Notes under the pieces: model-generated
The model's input: the letters and a program-made list of their open reading frames with translations, nothing else
Told to the model about the DNA's origin: nothing
Databases searched by the model: none
DNA from: a virus
Lineage: Duplodnaviria > Caudoviricetes
Virus record (IMG/VR): IMGVR_UViG_3300010355_000898
Location: 32,001-96,000 of that record
Length of the DNA: 64,000 nucleotides
Direction: 5' to 3' (one strand)
Program-made: the position numbers and the translations under genes
Part shown: piece after piece, positions 37,709-47,127 of the stretch
Position numbering within the stretch: position 1 is the first letter of the stretch
Layout of the letters: each line of letters begins with the position of its first letter

Positions 37709-38368
37709 ATGTCAAATGAAATTGTGATCATCAAAGATGGAAAAACTCTTGGCGCAATAATTGAACAGATTGTTGTTGAAACAAAAGTGAACATGAAAAA
37801 AAAGAGATTGCATGAAGATTTTGAAAATGCTGTTGAAGGTGACAAAAAGTCTGAAGAGAATGCGCCGTCAGGTGATGAGCAGCAGTCAACAGCACAGGAT
37901 GCATCAAATAGCACTGATTCAAGCGCACAACAGAATGATGTGAATGATTTGCAAGGTTTGAAGGCAGCCGATGCAGAGAAGATGAGAAAGGGTGTTGTCA
38001 AACCTGATGACATAATTGACAAATTCAATGCAATAAGATCTGGAAAATCTCTCAAAAATGAAGATGTTGAACCTGCATTGATGAAATACCTCAATTCATT
38101 ATCAAAAGAGGAAAAGACAGCATTCTATGCATTCCTAAAGGGCATAGCACAATTGGTGACAGGAGAGATAAGTGTTCCGGAATCTGTTACTGACCCATCA
38201 AACCCGCCAGCAAACATTGAAATGAAAAAGGTTGATGCACCCCAGCAGCGTTCTGTGAAACCAAACGTAATTAAACGATCACCTGTCCCTGGCGTTGTCA
38301 ACAAAGAGAAGAAGGGTGATGAGGATACGTCATCGCCTGTTCCAATAATGCCAAAAAAGAATGGTTAA
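37709..38368 (+). CDS. Hypothetical late/virion protein
   Basis: ATAGTTA at 37683; LHE motif; KFNAIRSGKSL core. Confidence 0.65.
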   Translation: MSNEIVIIKDGKTLGAIIEQIVVETKVNMKKKRLHEDFENAVEGDKKSEENAPSGDEQQSTAQDASNSTDSSAQQNDVNDLQGLKAADAEKMRKGVVKPDDIIDKFNAIRSGKSLKNEDVEPALMKYLNSLSKEEKTAFYAFLKGIAQLVTGEISVPESVTDPSNPPANIEMKKVDAPQQRSVKPNVIKRSPVPGVVNKEKKGDEDTSSPVPIMPKKNG

Positions 38369-38373
38369 AAATC

Positions 38374-39831
38374 ATGAAAATTGTTGACACAATTCTTGAA
38401 CGTCGACTCAAAGAGGTTGATATAACAGGCGGATTGAAGGTTGATTTTGCTTCTGATGAACATGTTTCAGATCTCAAGAAGAGAATTGATGATCTCAGAT
38501 ATTGGCGTGATCTGTCTCCCAGAGGGACAGAAAAACGTGCAAACTATTCAAGATTGATCCAAAGATTGAATGCTGAACTGAAGTCTGCACAACGTCAACA
38601 GAACAGAACAGAACATGTTCAACTGAGTGAAGGGGGTGCGGTCGGACATCTCTATCACCCATATGATAACAGGGATTTGACTTTTGCAGAGATCAAGGAT
38701 TTCATAGAGAGTGCTGCTGAAGGCAGATTACAGAAGGTTTCAGAAAAGTTTGATGGGATGAACATTGTGTTCACATTCAATGTTTCTGAGGGTCAATTGA
38801 AGGTTGCAAGAAATTCTGGTGACATTAAGCGTGGTGGAATGGATGCACCTGAATTGGCAAAAAAATTCTTTGGTAGAGGGAACGTTGAGGAGGCATTCAA
38901 CTCTGCATTTGATGCAATTTCATCAGCATTGATGACAATTGATGTTGAAAATCTTGACAAAATATTTGGTGAAAATGGAAACAGATGGTACAGTGCTGAG
39001 ATCATATATGCGCAGAATCCAAATGTTCTAAATTATGATGGTAACAATGTTGTTGTGCATCAGTGGCCAATATTTGACGTTGATGACAATGGAAATGTTG
39101 ACATGTCAGATGATGCATCAGGAGTTGACATCTTGACAAGAATGGTTGACAAATTGCAATTGCAAATCAGGCAGAGAGAATGGCGAATAAATGGACCTGC
39201 AATCATTGGTCTCAAAAAGTTGTCAGATGGAACAATATCACAAAGGTGCATTGATGAAATCAACAGCGCAATGCAACAGTATGGCGTACATGATGATGAT
39301 ACACTTGGTGATTACATGATGAGATATGTGCTCAATGATATTGATGAAAATTTTGGTGACACTCTGAACAGTGACGTAAAAACTGCAATTGCAACCAGAA
39401 TTCTTGAATTGCCAGGTGCACAGAACCTTACACAGATAAAAAAGATGGTAAAAACAGGAAGTGAACAGATTGTTGAATATGTTAAGAATGGTGCGACAAC
39501 GTTGAAGCAGTCAGTTGAACCATTTGAGAATGCAATTCACAGATTTGGCACACAATTGCTCAGAACACTCAAGTCAACAATCATAAGCAATCCTGGTGAA
39601 GAAACATCAAGATTGAAGAGTGAATTGATGAATGCAATGAGCAATATTGAGAACACAGGTGATGAACGACAAAAGTTGAAAGCGCAACAACAGTTCAAAA
39701 AGATGGAAAATCCTGAGAACATTTCTCCAATTGAAGGGATTGTTTTCATTTACAAAGGAAATGCATACAAATTCACTGGGTCTTTTGCACCACTCAATCA
39801 GATTTTGGGACTATTTAAGTACGGAAGATAA
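38374..39831 (+). CDS. ATP-dependent ligase-like nucleotidyltransferase domain protein
   Basis: SEKFDGMN (motif I), ARN, SAEII, IEGIVF, YKFTG. Confidence 0.65.
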   Translation: MKIVDTILERRLKEVDITGGLKVDFASDEHVSDLKKRIDDLRYWRDLSPRGTEKRANYSRLIQRLNAELKSAQRQQNRTEHVQLSEGGAVGHLYHPYDNRDLTFAEIKDFIESAAEGRLQKVSEKFDGMNIVFTFNVSEGQLKVARNSGDIKRGGMDAPELAKKFFGRGNVEEAFNSAFDAISSALMTIDVENLDKIFGENGNRWYSAEIIYAQNPNVLNYDGNNVVVHQWPIFDVDDNGNVDMSDDASGVDILTRMVDKLQLQIRQREWRINGPAIIGLKKLSDGTISQRCIDEINSAMQQYGVHDDDTLGDYMMRYVLNDIDENFGDTLNSDVKTAIATRILELPGAQNLTQIKKMVKTGSEQIVEYVKNGATTLKQSVEPFENAIHRFGTQLLRTLKSTIISNPGEETSRLKSELMNAMSNIENTGDERQKLKAQQQFKKMENPENISPIEGIVFIYKGNAYKFTGSFAPLNQILGLFKYGR

Positions 39832-39834
39832 TTT

Positions 39835-41268
39835 ATGTTGTCATTGAAACAATTGTTCACCCTCAGAAATCAGATCAAAAATGCGTATATGATGGATGTG
39901 TCATCAACAATCAAAGAGGGAATTGGTGATGATTTGAGAGCAAAAAAGGAGTCAGCATGGGAAAGATTGTTGGCTGCAGACAATGCTCTGAATGATGTGA
40001 CAAAAACATATCACAAAAATCCAGAACTGAACACATACATTCAACAAAACTTGAGAGAACTTCAACAAAAATATTCAGATCAGCTTCCACCGCAGAGTGA
40101 AAAATTGTTCAATTCAATTGATGGCAGAAAAAAGTTGCAAAAAATGTTGGTTGCAATTCTCTCAAAAGAGCCAGAATTTGAACACAATCCTGAACTTGCA
40201 AAGGATTACATTGTCAAGAGAGCAAAGACTGAATGGGAGAAGGCAGCAAAACAGTATGCTCAATATGATCCTGATTTTGAGTACACAATGAATCTTCAAA
40301 AACAGGATCAAGAAGACGTTGAAGATGACAGTGATGCAAAAATGCCAACCAGTTCAGAAGCTTCAAAAAAGATCATTGATATTGAGGATATCATTCCTCT
40401 GAAACATTACAAATGGCCCAAGCAGATAACCGCATCAAAAATCCCTTATGGAGCTCAGAAAGCAGGTCAGGGTGAAATTGAGATGGGAACAGGTCCCGGT
40501 GAAAATTGGCTTGCAAGACTCCTTGGTGCAAAGGTTCAGGGTGGAAACGTATCATTTGATCTTGTGACTCAGGATGGAAGAAAGTGGGAAGTGAAGGCAC
40601 TTGATGGCGCATCGAGTTTGATCAGACCGGGTGTTAAGGGTCTCAAGGCATATGAAAAATCATACAAAATGATGAGTGATTTTTTTGACATTGTGAAAAC
40701 ATTCACTGTACAGTGTCAAACTTCTGAAGCTTTTGATCAGTTGAGAAATGAAACAGTTGATGCATCATTTGAAAATGTGAAACAGTTCGCAAGTGCGATC
40801 AATAAGGATGAAATTTCATATGAAAAGATGATCAAAATCTACTCTGTTGTGCACAGTCTCAAGGAGTTGAGAGATTACATAGCAAAACAGATTGATTTCA
40901 GTCATGATGCAATCTCTGAAAAGAAGTATGGTGAAAACCGGTTGACTGTTTTGCAATCAATCAGGGTTGAAAAATTGCTCAAAAAATTGAATGGAAATGC
41001 ACTCAGCGATGATGAACAGACAGATCTGTCTGCAATCATTGAACCGCTCTATACACCGGCAATTGATGATAATGAACTCTTGTTGAATGCATGGGGTGAA
41101 GCTATTGATGTCAGAAATGTATTCTCAGGCGTGAATGGAATGTTCATCGTTAGCAAAGATATGTACATGATGATTCCTGCTGAAGATTTTGTTGAACACA
41201 TCAAATTCAAGAAAGTTTCTCAAGGTCGTCCAAGATTTGGTGTTGATGTGTTCTTCTCTGTTCAATAA
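39835..41268 (+). CDS. Protein with C-terminal PD-(D/E)XK restriction-endonuclease-like domain
   Basis: GPGENWLA...SFDLVTQDGRKWEVKA. Confidence 0.55.
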   Translation: MLSLKQLFTLRNQIKNAYMMDVSSTIKEGIGDDLRAKKESAWERLLAADNALNDVTKTYHKNPELNTYIQQNLRELQQKYSDQLPPQSEKLFNSIDGRKKLQKMLVAILSKEPEFEHNPELAKDYIVKRAKTEWEKAAKQYAQYDPDFEYTMNLQKQDQEDVEDDSDAKMPTSSEASKKIIDIEDIIPLKHYKWPKQITASKIPYGAQKAGQGEIEMGTGPGENWLARLLGAKVQGGNVSFDLVTQDGRKWEVKALDGASSLIRPGVKGLKAYEKSYKMMSDFFDIVKTFTVQCQTSEAFDQLRNETVDASFENVKQFASAINKDEISYEKMIKIYSVVHSLKELRDYIAKQIDFSHDAISEKKYGENRLTVLQSIRVEKLLKKLNGNALSDDEQTDLSAIIEPLYTPAIDDNELLLNAWGEAIDVRNVFSGVNGMFIVSKDMYMMIPAEDFVEHIKFKKVSQGRPRFGVDVFFSVQ

Positions 41269-41321
41269 CTTTTTCTGCGCACAAACATTTGTGAAATATT
41301 TGGGATAATGTTTGTACTATC

Positions 41322-41993
41322 ATGAACATGAATAGAAATCCCATAAAAGTGGTTTCATGTGGTACAGTTACTTGGCGTTCAGCAGAGAATGGAACAATTG
41401 AGATTGTTCTCATCAAACAGTTTGATGATATCAATTCTTGGGGAATTCCAAAAGGAAAAATCAAGAATTATGAAACGCTTGAGGAGTGTGCCATCAGGGA
41501 AACAAGAGAAGAGGCAGGAATTGACGTTGCGTTGTGCATAAAATTGACACCAGTATTCAAAAAGAACGCTCATGAACACAGAGTTGTTGTTCCATACATT
41601 GCTGTGCAAACAGACAATGGAGAACTGAATTCGCAAGATCCTGACTCTGAAGTTGCTGAGGCAAAATGGTTCAATGAGAACAGTTTACCAAGAATGCACA
41701 ATTATCAGAGAGAAATGATTCTCAACTCTGTTAAAACAATCAAGAACCTCATTGAAAAGAATGGTGAAGAGTGGTTGAAGAGTGAACGTTTCATTGATCC
41801 CAAACTGATCAGTGAAGTGCATGAAAAGATTGATTTCACTCTAAAAATTGTTGGAAAGGGCACTGAATGGAAAGAATTCAGGAAGCACCTGCTCTGGAAC
41901 AGCACTCAAACAATCAGGAGACAATTCAAGTCAACAATGACACCATTTGAACAGCATGTGAAAGATTATTGGGAAGATCAACGTTCATGTTGA
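41322..41993 (+). CDS. NUDIX hydrolase
   Basis: WGIPKGKIKNYETLEECAIRETREEAG Nudix box. Confidence 0.92.
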   Translation: MNMNRNPIKVVSCGTVTWRSAENGTIEIVLIKQFDDINSWGIPKGKIKNYETLEECAIRETREEAGIDVALCIKLTPVFKKNAHEHRVVVPYIAVQTDNGELNSQDPDSEVAEAKWFNENSLPRMHNYQREMILNSVKTIKNLIEKNGEEWLKSERFIDPKLISEVHEKIDFTLKIVGKGTEWKEFRKHLLWNSTQTIRRQFKSTMTPFEQHVKDYWEDQRSC

Positions 41994-42009
41994 CAATAGT
42001 TAATTGCAG

Positions 42010-43071
42010 ATGAAAAAAGTTGAAGAACAGTTGTTGAGAGAACACATCAGAAATATCATCTGCGAAGATTTTGGTGGTTATGGTGGGGGCTATGGTGATT
42101 TTGCATTGGGTGATTTCACAAGCCCAATGGGAAATGCTCAGATGAGCAGCTCTGGCCTCCACAACATATTCATCAAACCATTCACTGATGTTTTCAAGCA
42201 GGCTGCAGGCAGTGCAAAAGAGATCTCAAGAACTGTTCAGAATGTTGTTCAGGTGTTCCTTGCATCAATTGCAACAGCAATTGTTCCCATATTTGATGCT
42301 GAGTATGAAAAGATTGAGAAGAAGTACAAGGCTGACATGGATGAGATCAAGAAGCAGTATGCTCAGATCTACAATGATTCATGGGATGCAATCAAACATG
42401 ATGATGTGCTCTGTTCAGCATTCCTCCTGAAACCTGACCTGATGCTCACGGCAAAGGTTGCAAAGGAGGCACCCAAGGCTGTCTCGTCACTGCTCAATAT
42501 TCTTTCTGGGGGAAGATTGGAGAAATATCTTCCAAAGGGTGCAAATAAATCTGGGTCATCCAAGAGTGCCTCATCATTTGAGATTGGTCAGGGTTCAATT
42601 GGCAATGGAATGATGTTCGACTATTTTGGTGAAAATGCAAAATTTGGTGACAGCGTGTTGACTGAGGCTGCAACGGGTGATGTGTTGACCAAGTTGGTTC
42701 AGAACAGCAAAGTGCATGACGTGATCAGACAGAACAGCACTGTGCAAGAGATGTCAAGGAAGGCAGCACAGGCACACAAGAGTGCGTTGACTCAGATCTA
42801 TAATGACGCAAAGTCAGCGCTGAACGTCAGGACAGCAATGGACATTGCAAAGAGGCTTGGAAAACCTGAAATTCAGAAACAGGCAGAAAAATTGCAGGGT
42901 AATGATAAGGTTGATGATGCAACTGTTGAAACATTCAAGAAGGGTGTCAAGCAGTACTATTTGGGTCACATTGATGGCATCATCAAGCATGCCATAGAGA
43001 AGGGCGTTCCTGAGCAGCATCCTTTCATCACAAGTTATAAGAATTTGCGCGATATGATCACAAAATTGTGA
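42010..43071 (+). CDS. Hypothetical late/virion protein
   Basis: ATAGTTA at 41996; LLREHIRNIICE leader; LTEA. Confidence 0.65.
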   Translation: MKKVEEQLLREHIRNIICEDFGGYGGGYGDFALGDFTSPMGNAQMSSSGLHNIFIKPFTDVFKQAAGSAKEISRTVQNVVQVFLASIATAIVPIFDAEYEKIEKKYKADMDEIKKQYAQIYNDSWDAIKHDDVLCSAFLLKPDLMLTAKVAKEAPKAVSSLLNILSGGRLEKYLPKGANKSGSSKSASSFEIGQGSIGNGMMFDYFGENAKFGDSVLTEAATGDVLTKLVQNSKVHDVIRQNSTVQEMSRKAAQAHKSALTQIYNDAKSALNVRTAMDIAKRLGKPEIQKQAEKLQGNDKVDDATVETFKKGVKQYYLGHIDGIIKHAIEKGVPEQHPFITSYKNLRDMITKL

Positions 43072-43073
43072 TT

Positions 43074-43102
43074 GTACAAATGATGTGCCATGAGGATATA
43101 AT
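43074..43102 (+). promoter_or_regulatory. Putative sigma70-like promoter, leaderless transcript
   Basis: GTACAA-17nt-TATAAT, ATG 6 nt downstream. Confidence 0.6.
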
Positions 43103-43108
43103 CATCAC

Positions 43109-43390
43109 ATGGCAAAAAAGAAAAGTATTGATCCAATCATAGTTGCTGAACTTCAACCTGATGAACTGAATGCCTTGAAAGCATTGGTGAAGGAATTCAT
43201 TGACAAAATTCAGAGTGTTGACAATGAAATTGAAACACTGAAAGAGGACAGAAAAGAGATCATTGAAGAGTATACAAACAAGCTTGACATCAAGACGCTC
43301 AATCAGGCTCTAAAGGTTGCAAAATTGCAGGCATCAGTTGAACATAAGGATACATTTGATATGTTTATGGAGGTCATCACTGACGTTTGA
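43109..43390 (+). CDS. dsDNA-binding protein (T4 DsbA / GapR-like)
   Basis: EFIDKI..VDNEIETLKEDRKEIIEE...LDIKTLNQALK helical pattern. Confidence 0.6.
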   Translation: MAKKKSIDPIIVAELQPDELNALKALVKEFIDKIQSVDNEIETLKEDRKEIIEEYTNKLDIKTLNQALKVAKLQASVEHKDTFDMFMEVITDV

Positions 43391-43392
43391 TT

Positions 43393-43821
43393 ATGGCAAA
43401 AAAGGTAACAAAAAAGGTCAAGAACGCTGAAAAACCTGTTGTTGTTGACACAAAAATTGTGGAACAGGTTAAGGGTGAAACTGAATCAACAATTGCTGAT
43501 TCAAATGTTGAATTGTGTACACTCAACTTGACGCAGGCAGAATTGGTGCATCTCAGAGATCTGATGAGCATCATGATACCACCAGATTATGAAAACACAG
43601 TTTCACAATCATTGGCAAAGAATGTTGGAAGAGTTATCATTGAAACACTCCTCTGGAAGAAACTGAATGATCTGTGTGAAAATTGTGGAATTGCAACAGG
43701 TCCAGCGGCACCCGATTATGTTTTGACATCTGTATCACAACCAAACATTGAAGTCTTCAGGATTGCTGACAATGTGCAGCAGTCAACCAAGGATGAAAAT
43801 GTTGAAGACACTGAGGAATAG
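43393..43821 (+). CDS. Hypothetical protein
   Basis: Tiled ORF. Confidence 0.6.
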   Translation: MAKKVTKKVKNAEKPVVVDTKIVEQVKGETESTIADSNVELCTLNLTQAELVHLRDLMSIMIPPDYENTVSQSLAKNVGRVIIETLLWKKLNDLCENCGIATGPAAPDYVLTSVSQPNIEVFRIADNVQQSTKDENVEDTEE

Positions 43822-43830
43822 TAGAAGACA

Positions 43831-44271
43831 ATGAAATACAATATTGGCCAAGTTGTGTATGGGATTCTGAATGATAAGGGTATTGTGTATCCATATCTCA
43901 TTGTTGAAGAGCAAACAAAACGTACCCTGAATGGCGTCAACACAGAGTACATTGCTCAAGCGGGTTTGGACAAGGAATCACTCATTCAGTTGAGCAAAAT
44001 TGAGAATGCAGAATTTTTCACATCACTTGATGAAGTGAAGCAAAAGTTGATGAACAATGCGTTGATGACTGTTGATGCAATGCTCAGTGATGTGAATGCC
44101 CATGCACAATCTTGGTACAATGTTGACAGTACTGCCAAAACTCAATCTCAGGAGATTGGCATTGAACAGATCCCAGTAGTGGGACCCGATAATGACCATG
44201 ATGAGATCAGAGTCGATCTTGGTAATGGCATGATTGGAAAACTGAAGCGATCTGCAAACAGTGCATTGTAA
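43831..44271 (+). CDS. Hypothetical protein
   Basis: MKYNIGQVVY SH3/KOW-like start. Confidence 0.6.
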   Translation: MKYNIGQVVYGILNDKGIVYPYLIVEEQTKRTLNGVNTEYIAQAGLDKESLIQLSKIENAEFFTSLDEVKQKLMNNALMTVDAMLSDVNAHAQSWYNVDSTAKTQSQEIGIEQIPVVGPDNDHDEIRVDLGNGMIGKLKRSANSAL

Positions 44272-44295
44272 CATAATCCATGGTATAAATGGATT

Positions 44296-44865
44296 ATGAA
44301 GCTTACAGAAGCCAGAAAAATTGCAGAAAAAATCTTGCGAGATATCAGGAAGTGCTCTGTAAGAGCAGAAATTGCTGGCAGTATCAGGCGAGAAAAGTCT
44401 GAAGTAAAAGATATCGAGATTGTTGCAGTCATCAGTGATTACAATAAGCTTTTCAGATTGATGAAAAAGCATGGGCAGTTCATCAAGCCTGGTGTTCCTG
44501 ACATCATTCCTTGGGAACCTCATATTGATGCAAAATATTTGCGTCTCATCCTGAATGAGGGCATCAAACTTGATTTGTTCATTCCCAAAATTGATAATTG
44601 GGGTGCAATCTATTGCATGCGGACGGGATCAGGTGTTGGGCCCAATGGAAGTCCATGGACAGGTTTCATTCCTGCAATGTTCAGTCAATGGAAACGTGTG
44701 AGTGGTGGTGGGAAAATGGTTGAGGGATATCCAACCACTCCTGAAGGTGAAAAGATCAAAACGTTTGAAGAGGAAGATTTTTTCAATCTGCTCGGTGTGA
44801 AATTTGTTGATCCAAAGGATAGGATTGATGCACAAATTGTTAAGAAGTCATTGATTAAGGAATAA
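44296..44865 (+). CDS. Minimal family X DNA polymerase (palm + thumb only)
   Basis: AGSIRREK..KDIEIV, KLDLF, RTGS, EEEDFF.LLG...P..R. Confidence 0.85.
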   Translation: MKLTEARKIAEKILRDIRKCSVRAEIAGSIRREKSEVKDIEIVAVISDYNKLFRLMKKHGQFIKPGVPDIIPWEPHIDAKYLRLILNEGIKLDLFIPKIDNWGAIYCMRTGSGVGPNGSPWTGFIPAMFSQWKRVSGGGKMVEGYPTTPEGEKIKTFEEEDFFNLLGVKFVDPKDRIDAQIVKKSLIKE

Positions 44866-44866
44866 A

Positions 44867-45337
44867 ATGCAAAAAATTTCAACAAAGATCATCAAAGAAA
44901 ATATACCAAATTGGTTGGCTTGGGATAACATCCAAGATTTGGAAGCTCATTTTGATAATGAAATTGCAATTCTTTGTGGTAAACACAATTTGTTTGATGA
45001 ATTGTGTTCGCAATTCAAAATTGTTGGTGCAAAATCTCAAAATGAAATCAAAACAAAAGCAATTGAGGTTTGGACAAATCCAAACAATTGGAAACGGGTA
45101 GAAAAGATTAAGTTGAATGATGATGAACGTGAATATGATTATTCATGTGGTGATTTTGGCACAATCAGCAATTCAAAACTGTATGATGCATATTGTGGAG
45201 AAGATGAAGTTTTTGTAAATTCTGATTGCATTAAACGTACGTACATTAATGAAAAATTTGTTCTTGGTGATTGGCGACTTGAAATTCTTTCATCACCAAA
45301 TGATGAGTTGATTGCATTCAGTCTTGTTGTTGATTGA
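44867..45337 (+). CDS. Hypothetical protein
   Basis: AGGA RBS; tiled. Confidence 0.55.
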   Translation: MQKISTKIIKENIPNWLAWDNIQDLEAHFDNEIAILCGKHNLFDELCSQFKIVGAKSQNEIKTKAIEVWTNPNNWKRVEKIKLNDDEREYDYSCGDFGTISNSKLYDAYCGEDEVFVNSDCIKRTYINEKFVLGDWRLEILSSPNDELIAFSLVVD

Positions 45338-45581
45338 TATGATGACAATTGATATCCAACACAAAAGGGTGAAAAGAGTAAAGCTTCGCAGATATTATGG
45401 AGGAGGGATGTTTGAGATCCTGAATGATGGGCGTCATTATCCCAATCCACCAAATCCAGAAAAGTTCAAATCTGCATACCGATTGTGGAAACGTGGACTT
45501 GGTAAATTCAGAATGCTTGAGAGTTCAATTACGTACTGTTTACACAGATTCATCAAGAGATCATTAAAAAGGTTTAGGTAA
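45312..45581 (+). CDS. Small basic hypothetical protein
   Basis: Tiled ORF; start uncertain. Confidence 0.45.
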   Translation: MHSVLLLIDMMTIDIQHKRVKRVKLRRYYGGGMFEILNDGRHYPNPPNPEKFKSAYRLWKRGLGKFRMLESSITYCLHRFIKRSLKRFR

Positions 45582-45587
45582 AAAACA

Positions 45588-46448
45588 ATGGGATACATGC
45601 ATATTGAAAACCTGTATCGTGATCAGACGATCCTGATGTTCAAAGAGTGTTGGGCTCTTGAAAAAATTCATGGCACTAGTGCACACATCAGTTGGAAATC
45701 AGCAACTGGTCAACTGCATTTCTCTGCTGGGGGATGTTCTCATGAGAGATTTGTTGGTCTTTTTGATCATCAGAAACTGATTGAGAACTTTTCAAAAATT
45801 TCTCCACTTGCTGACGTCACCATTTATGGTGAGGCATATGGCGCAAGCATTCTCAAAATGGGCAAAATTTATGGTGATCAGTTGAGATTCATTGCGTTTG
45901 ATGTCAACATTGACAATCATTGGCTTTCAGTTCCAAATGCACATGAGGTTGCAACCGGACTTGGTCTTGATTTTGTTGATTATGTGAAAATCAGCACTGA
46001 CATGGCTGAGATTGATGCTCAACGTGATCGTCCAAGTGTTCAAGCGGTCAGGAATGGAATGGGAGAGCACCAACGTGAAGGTGTTGTTCTCAAACCATTG
46101 ATTGAGCTCACAAAGAACAATGGTGATAGGATTGTGTGCAAACACAAACACCAGAAATATATGGAAACTGCAACGCCAAGGGAAGTCAGTCCTGAAAGAT
46201 TGGTGGTGCTTGAGGATGCGCAACAGATTGCCATTGAGTGGGTCACACAGATGCGCCTGCTGCATGTCATCGATAAGTTGGGCGCTGTCACCATCAGTGA
46301 CGCCAAAAAAATCATTGAAGCAATGCTTGAAGATGTATTGAGGGAAGCATCAGGAGAAATCGTGGTGTCACCTGAAGTGAAGAGAGCAATTGCAACAATG
46401 ACAATGAAACAGTTCAATCTGTATGAGAGATCAAAAGTCAATGACTAA
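45588..46448 (+). CDS. RNA ligase, Rnl2 family
   Basis: LEKIHGT, IYGEAYG, FIAFDV, REGVVLKP, CKHK. Confidence 0.85.
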   Translation: MGYMHIENLYRDQTILMFKECWALEKIHGTSAHISWKSATGQLHFSAGGCSHERFVGLFDHQKLIENFSKISPLADVTIYGEAYGASILKMGKIYGDQLRFIAFDVNIDNHWLSVPNAHEVATGLGLDFVDYVKISTDMAEIDAQRDRPSVQAVRNGMGEHQREGVVLKPLIELTKNNGDRIVCKHKHQKYMETATPREVSPERLVVLEDAQQIAIEWVTQMRLLHVIDKLGAVTISDAKKIIEAMLEDVLREASGEIVVSPEVKRAIATMTMKQFNLYERSKVND

Positions 46449-46620
46449 TTTGAAAGAAACAATTATGAACAGAGATACCTTGAAGAGAACTTGGAACGTG
46501 ATCACTTCACCTGGACTTGTGATGGCACTCAATGTGATTACACTTGGATTGCAGATTGTTCACCAAATTGATCAGTACAACAGAGGTAACAGACAGATAG
46601 GTTTCACACAGAAGCGTTGA
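46441..46620 (+). CDS. Small membrane-associated hypothetical protein
   Basis: Hydrophobic helix; RQIGF tail. Confidence 0.5.
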   Translation: MTNLKETIMNRDTLKRTWNVITSPGLVMALNVITLGLQIVHQIDQYNRGNRQIGFTQKR

Positions 46621-46621
46621 T

Positions 46622-46930
46622 ATGTTGTTGAGAACACTGTTTACGCTCACATCAGCACTGGTTGCAACTGTGAGTGCATGGACAAGCTACAAACTCAATT
46701 GCGGACACAGTTGGGCATTTTGGCTGACATGGTCAATTGGCTGCATCCCAGTTTGGACATTGTGGGCAAAATTGAGCAACAATATTCTTCTTGATGCAAT
46801 CATATATGATAGTGTTGTCATCGCAATTTTTGCTGTTGTCACAATGCATCTGACCGGAAAACAGATATCACTTGAACATATGCTTGGCATCATGATGCTC
46901 ATCATGGGAATTGTATTGGTGAATACATGA
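46622..46930 (+). CDS. Four-TM small membrane protein (SMR/EamA-like)
   Basis: About 100 aa with four hydrophobic helices. Confidence 0.55.
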   Translation: MLLRTLFTLTSALVATVSAWTSYKLNCGHSWAFWLTWSIGCIPVWTLWAKLSNNILLDAIIYDSVVIAIFAVVTMHLTGKQISLEHMLGIMMLIMGIVLVNT

Positions 46931-47127
46931 AACAGTTGTGGAGAATTTGGGCAAAAGCATTGGGTCAAAAGGATGGCTTGAATGATCAGGAGGCTGACAG
47001 GGTTGCAATGGTGAGGACAGCAATTGTTGTGTTCACAATGATCACAAATCTTCTCATCATTGTGAATGTTGCAAAACATTGGAATGATGGCACCCAAACT
47101 CATGCCGGAGCACATTGTGAAAATTAG
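46927..47127 (+). CDS. Small membrane protein
   Basis: WRIWAKALG.K...D.EADRVA.VRT followed by a TM helix. Confidence 0.65.
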   Translation: MKQLWRIWAKALGQKDGLNDQEADRVAMVRTAIVVFTMITNLLIIVNVAKHWNDGTQTHAGAHCEN

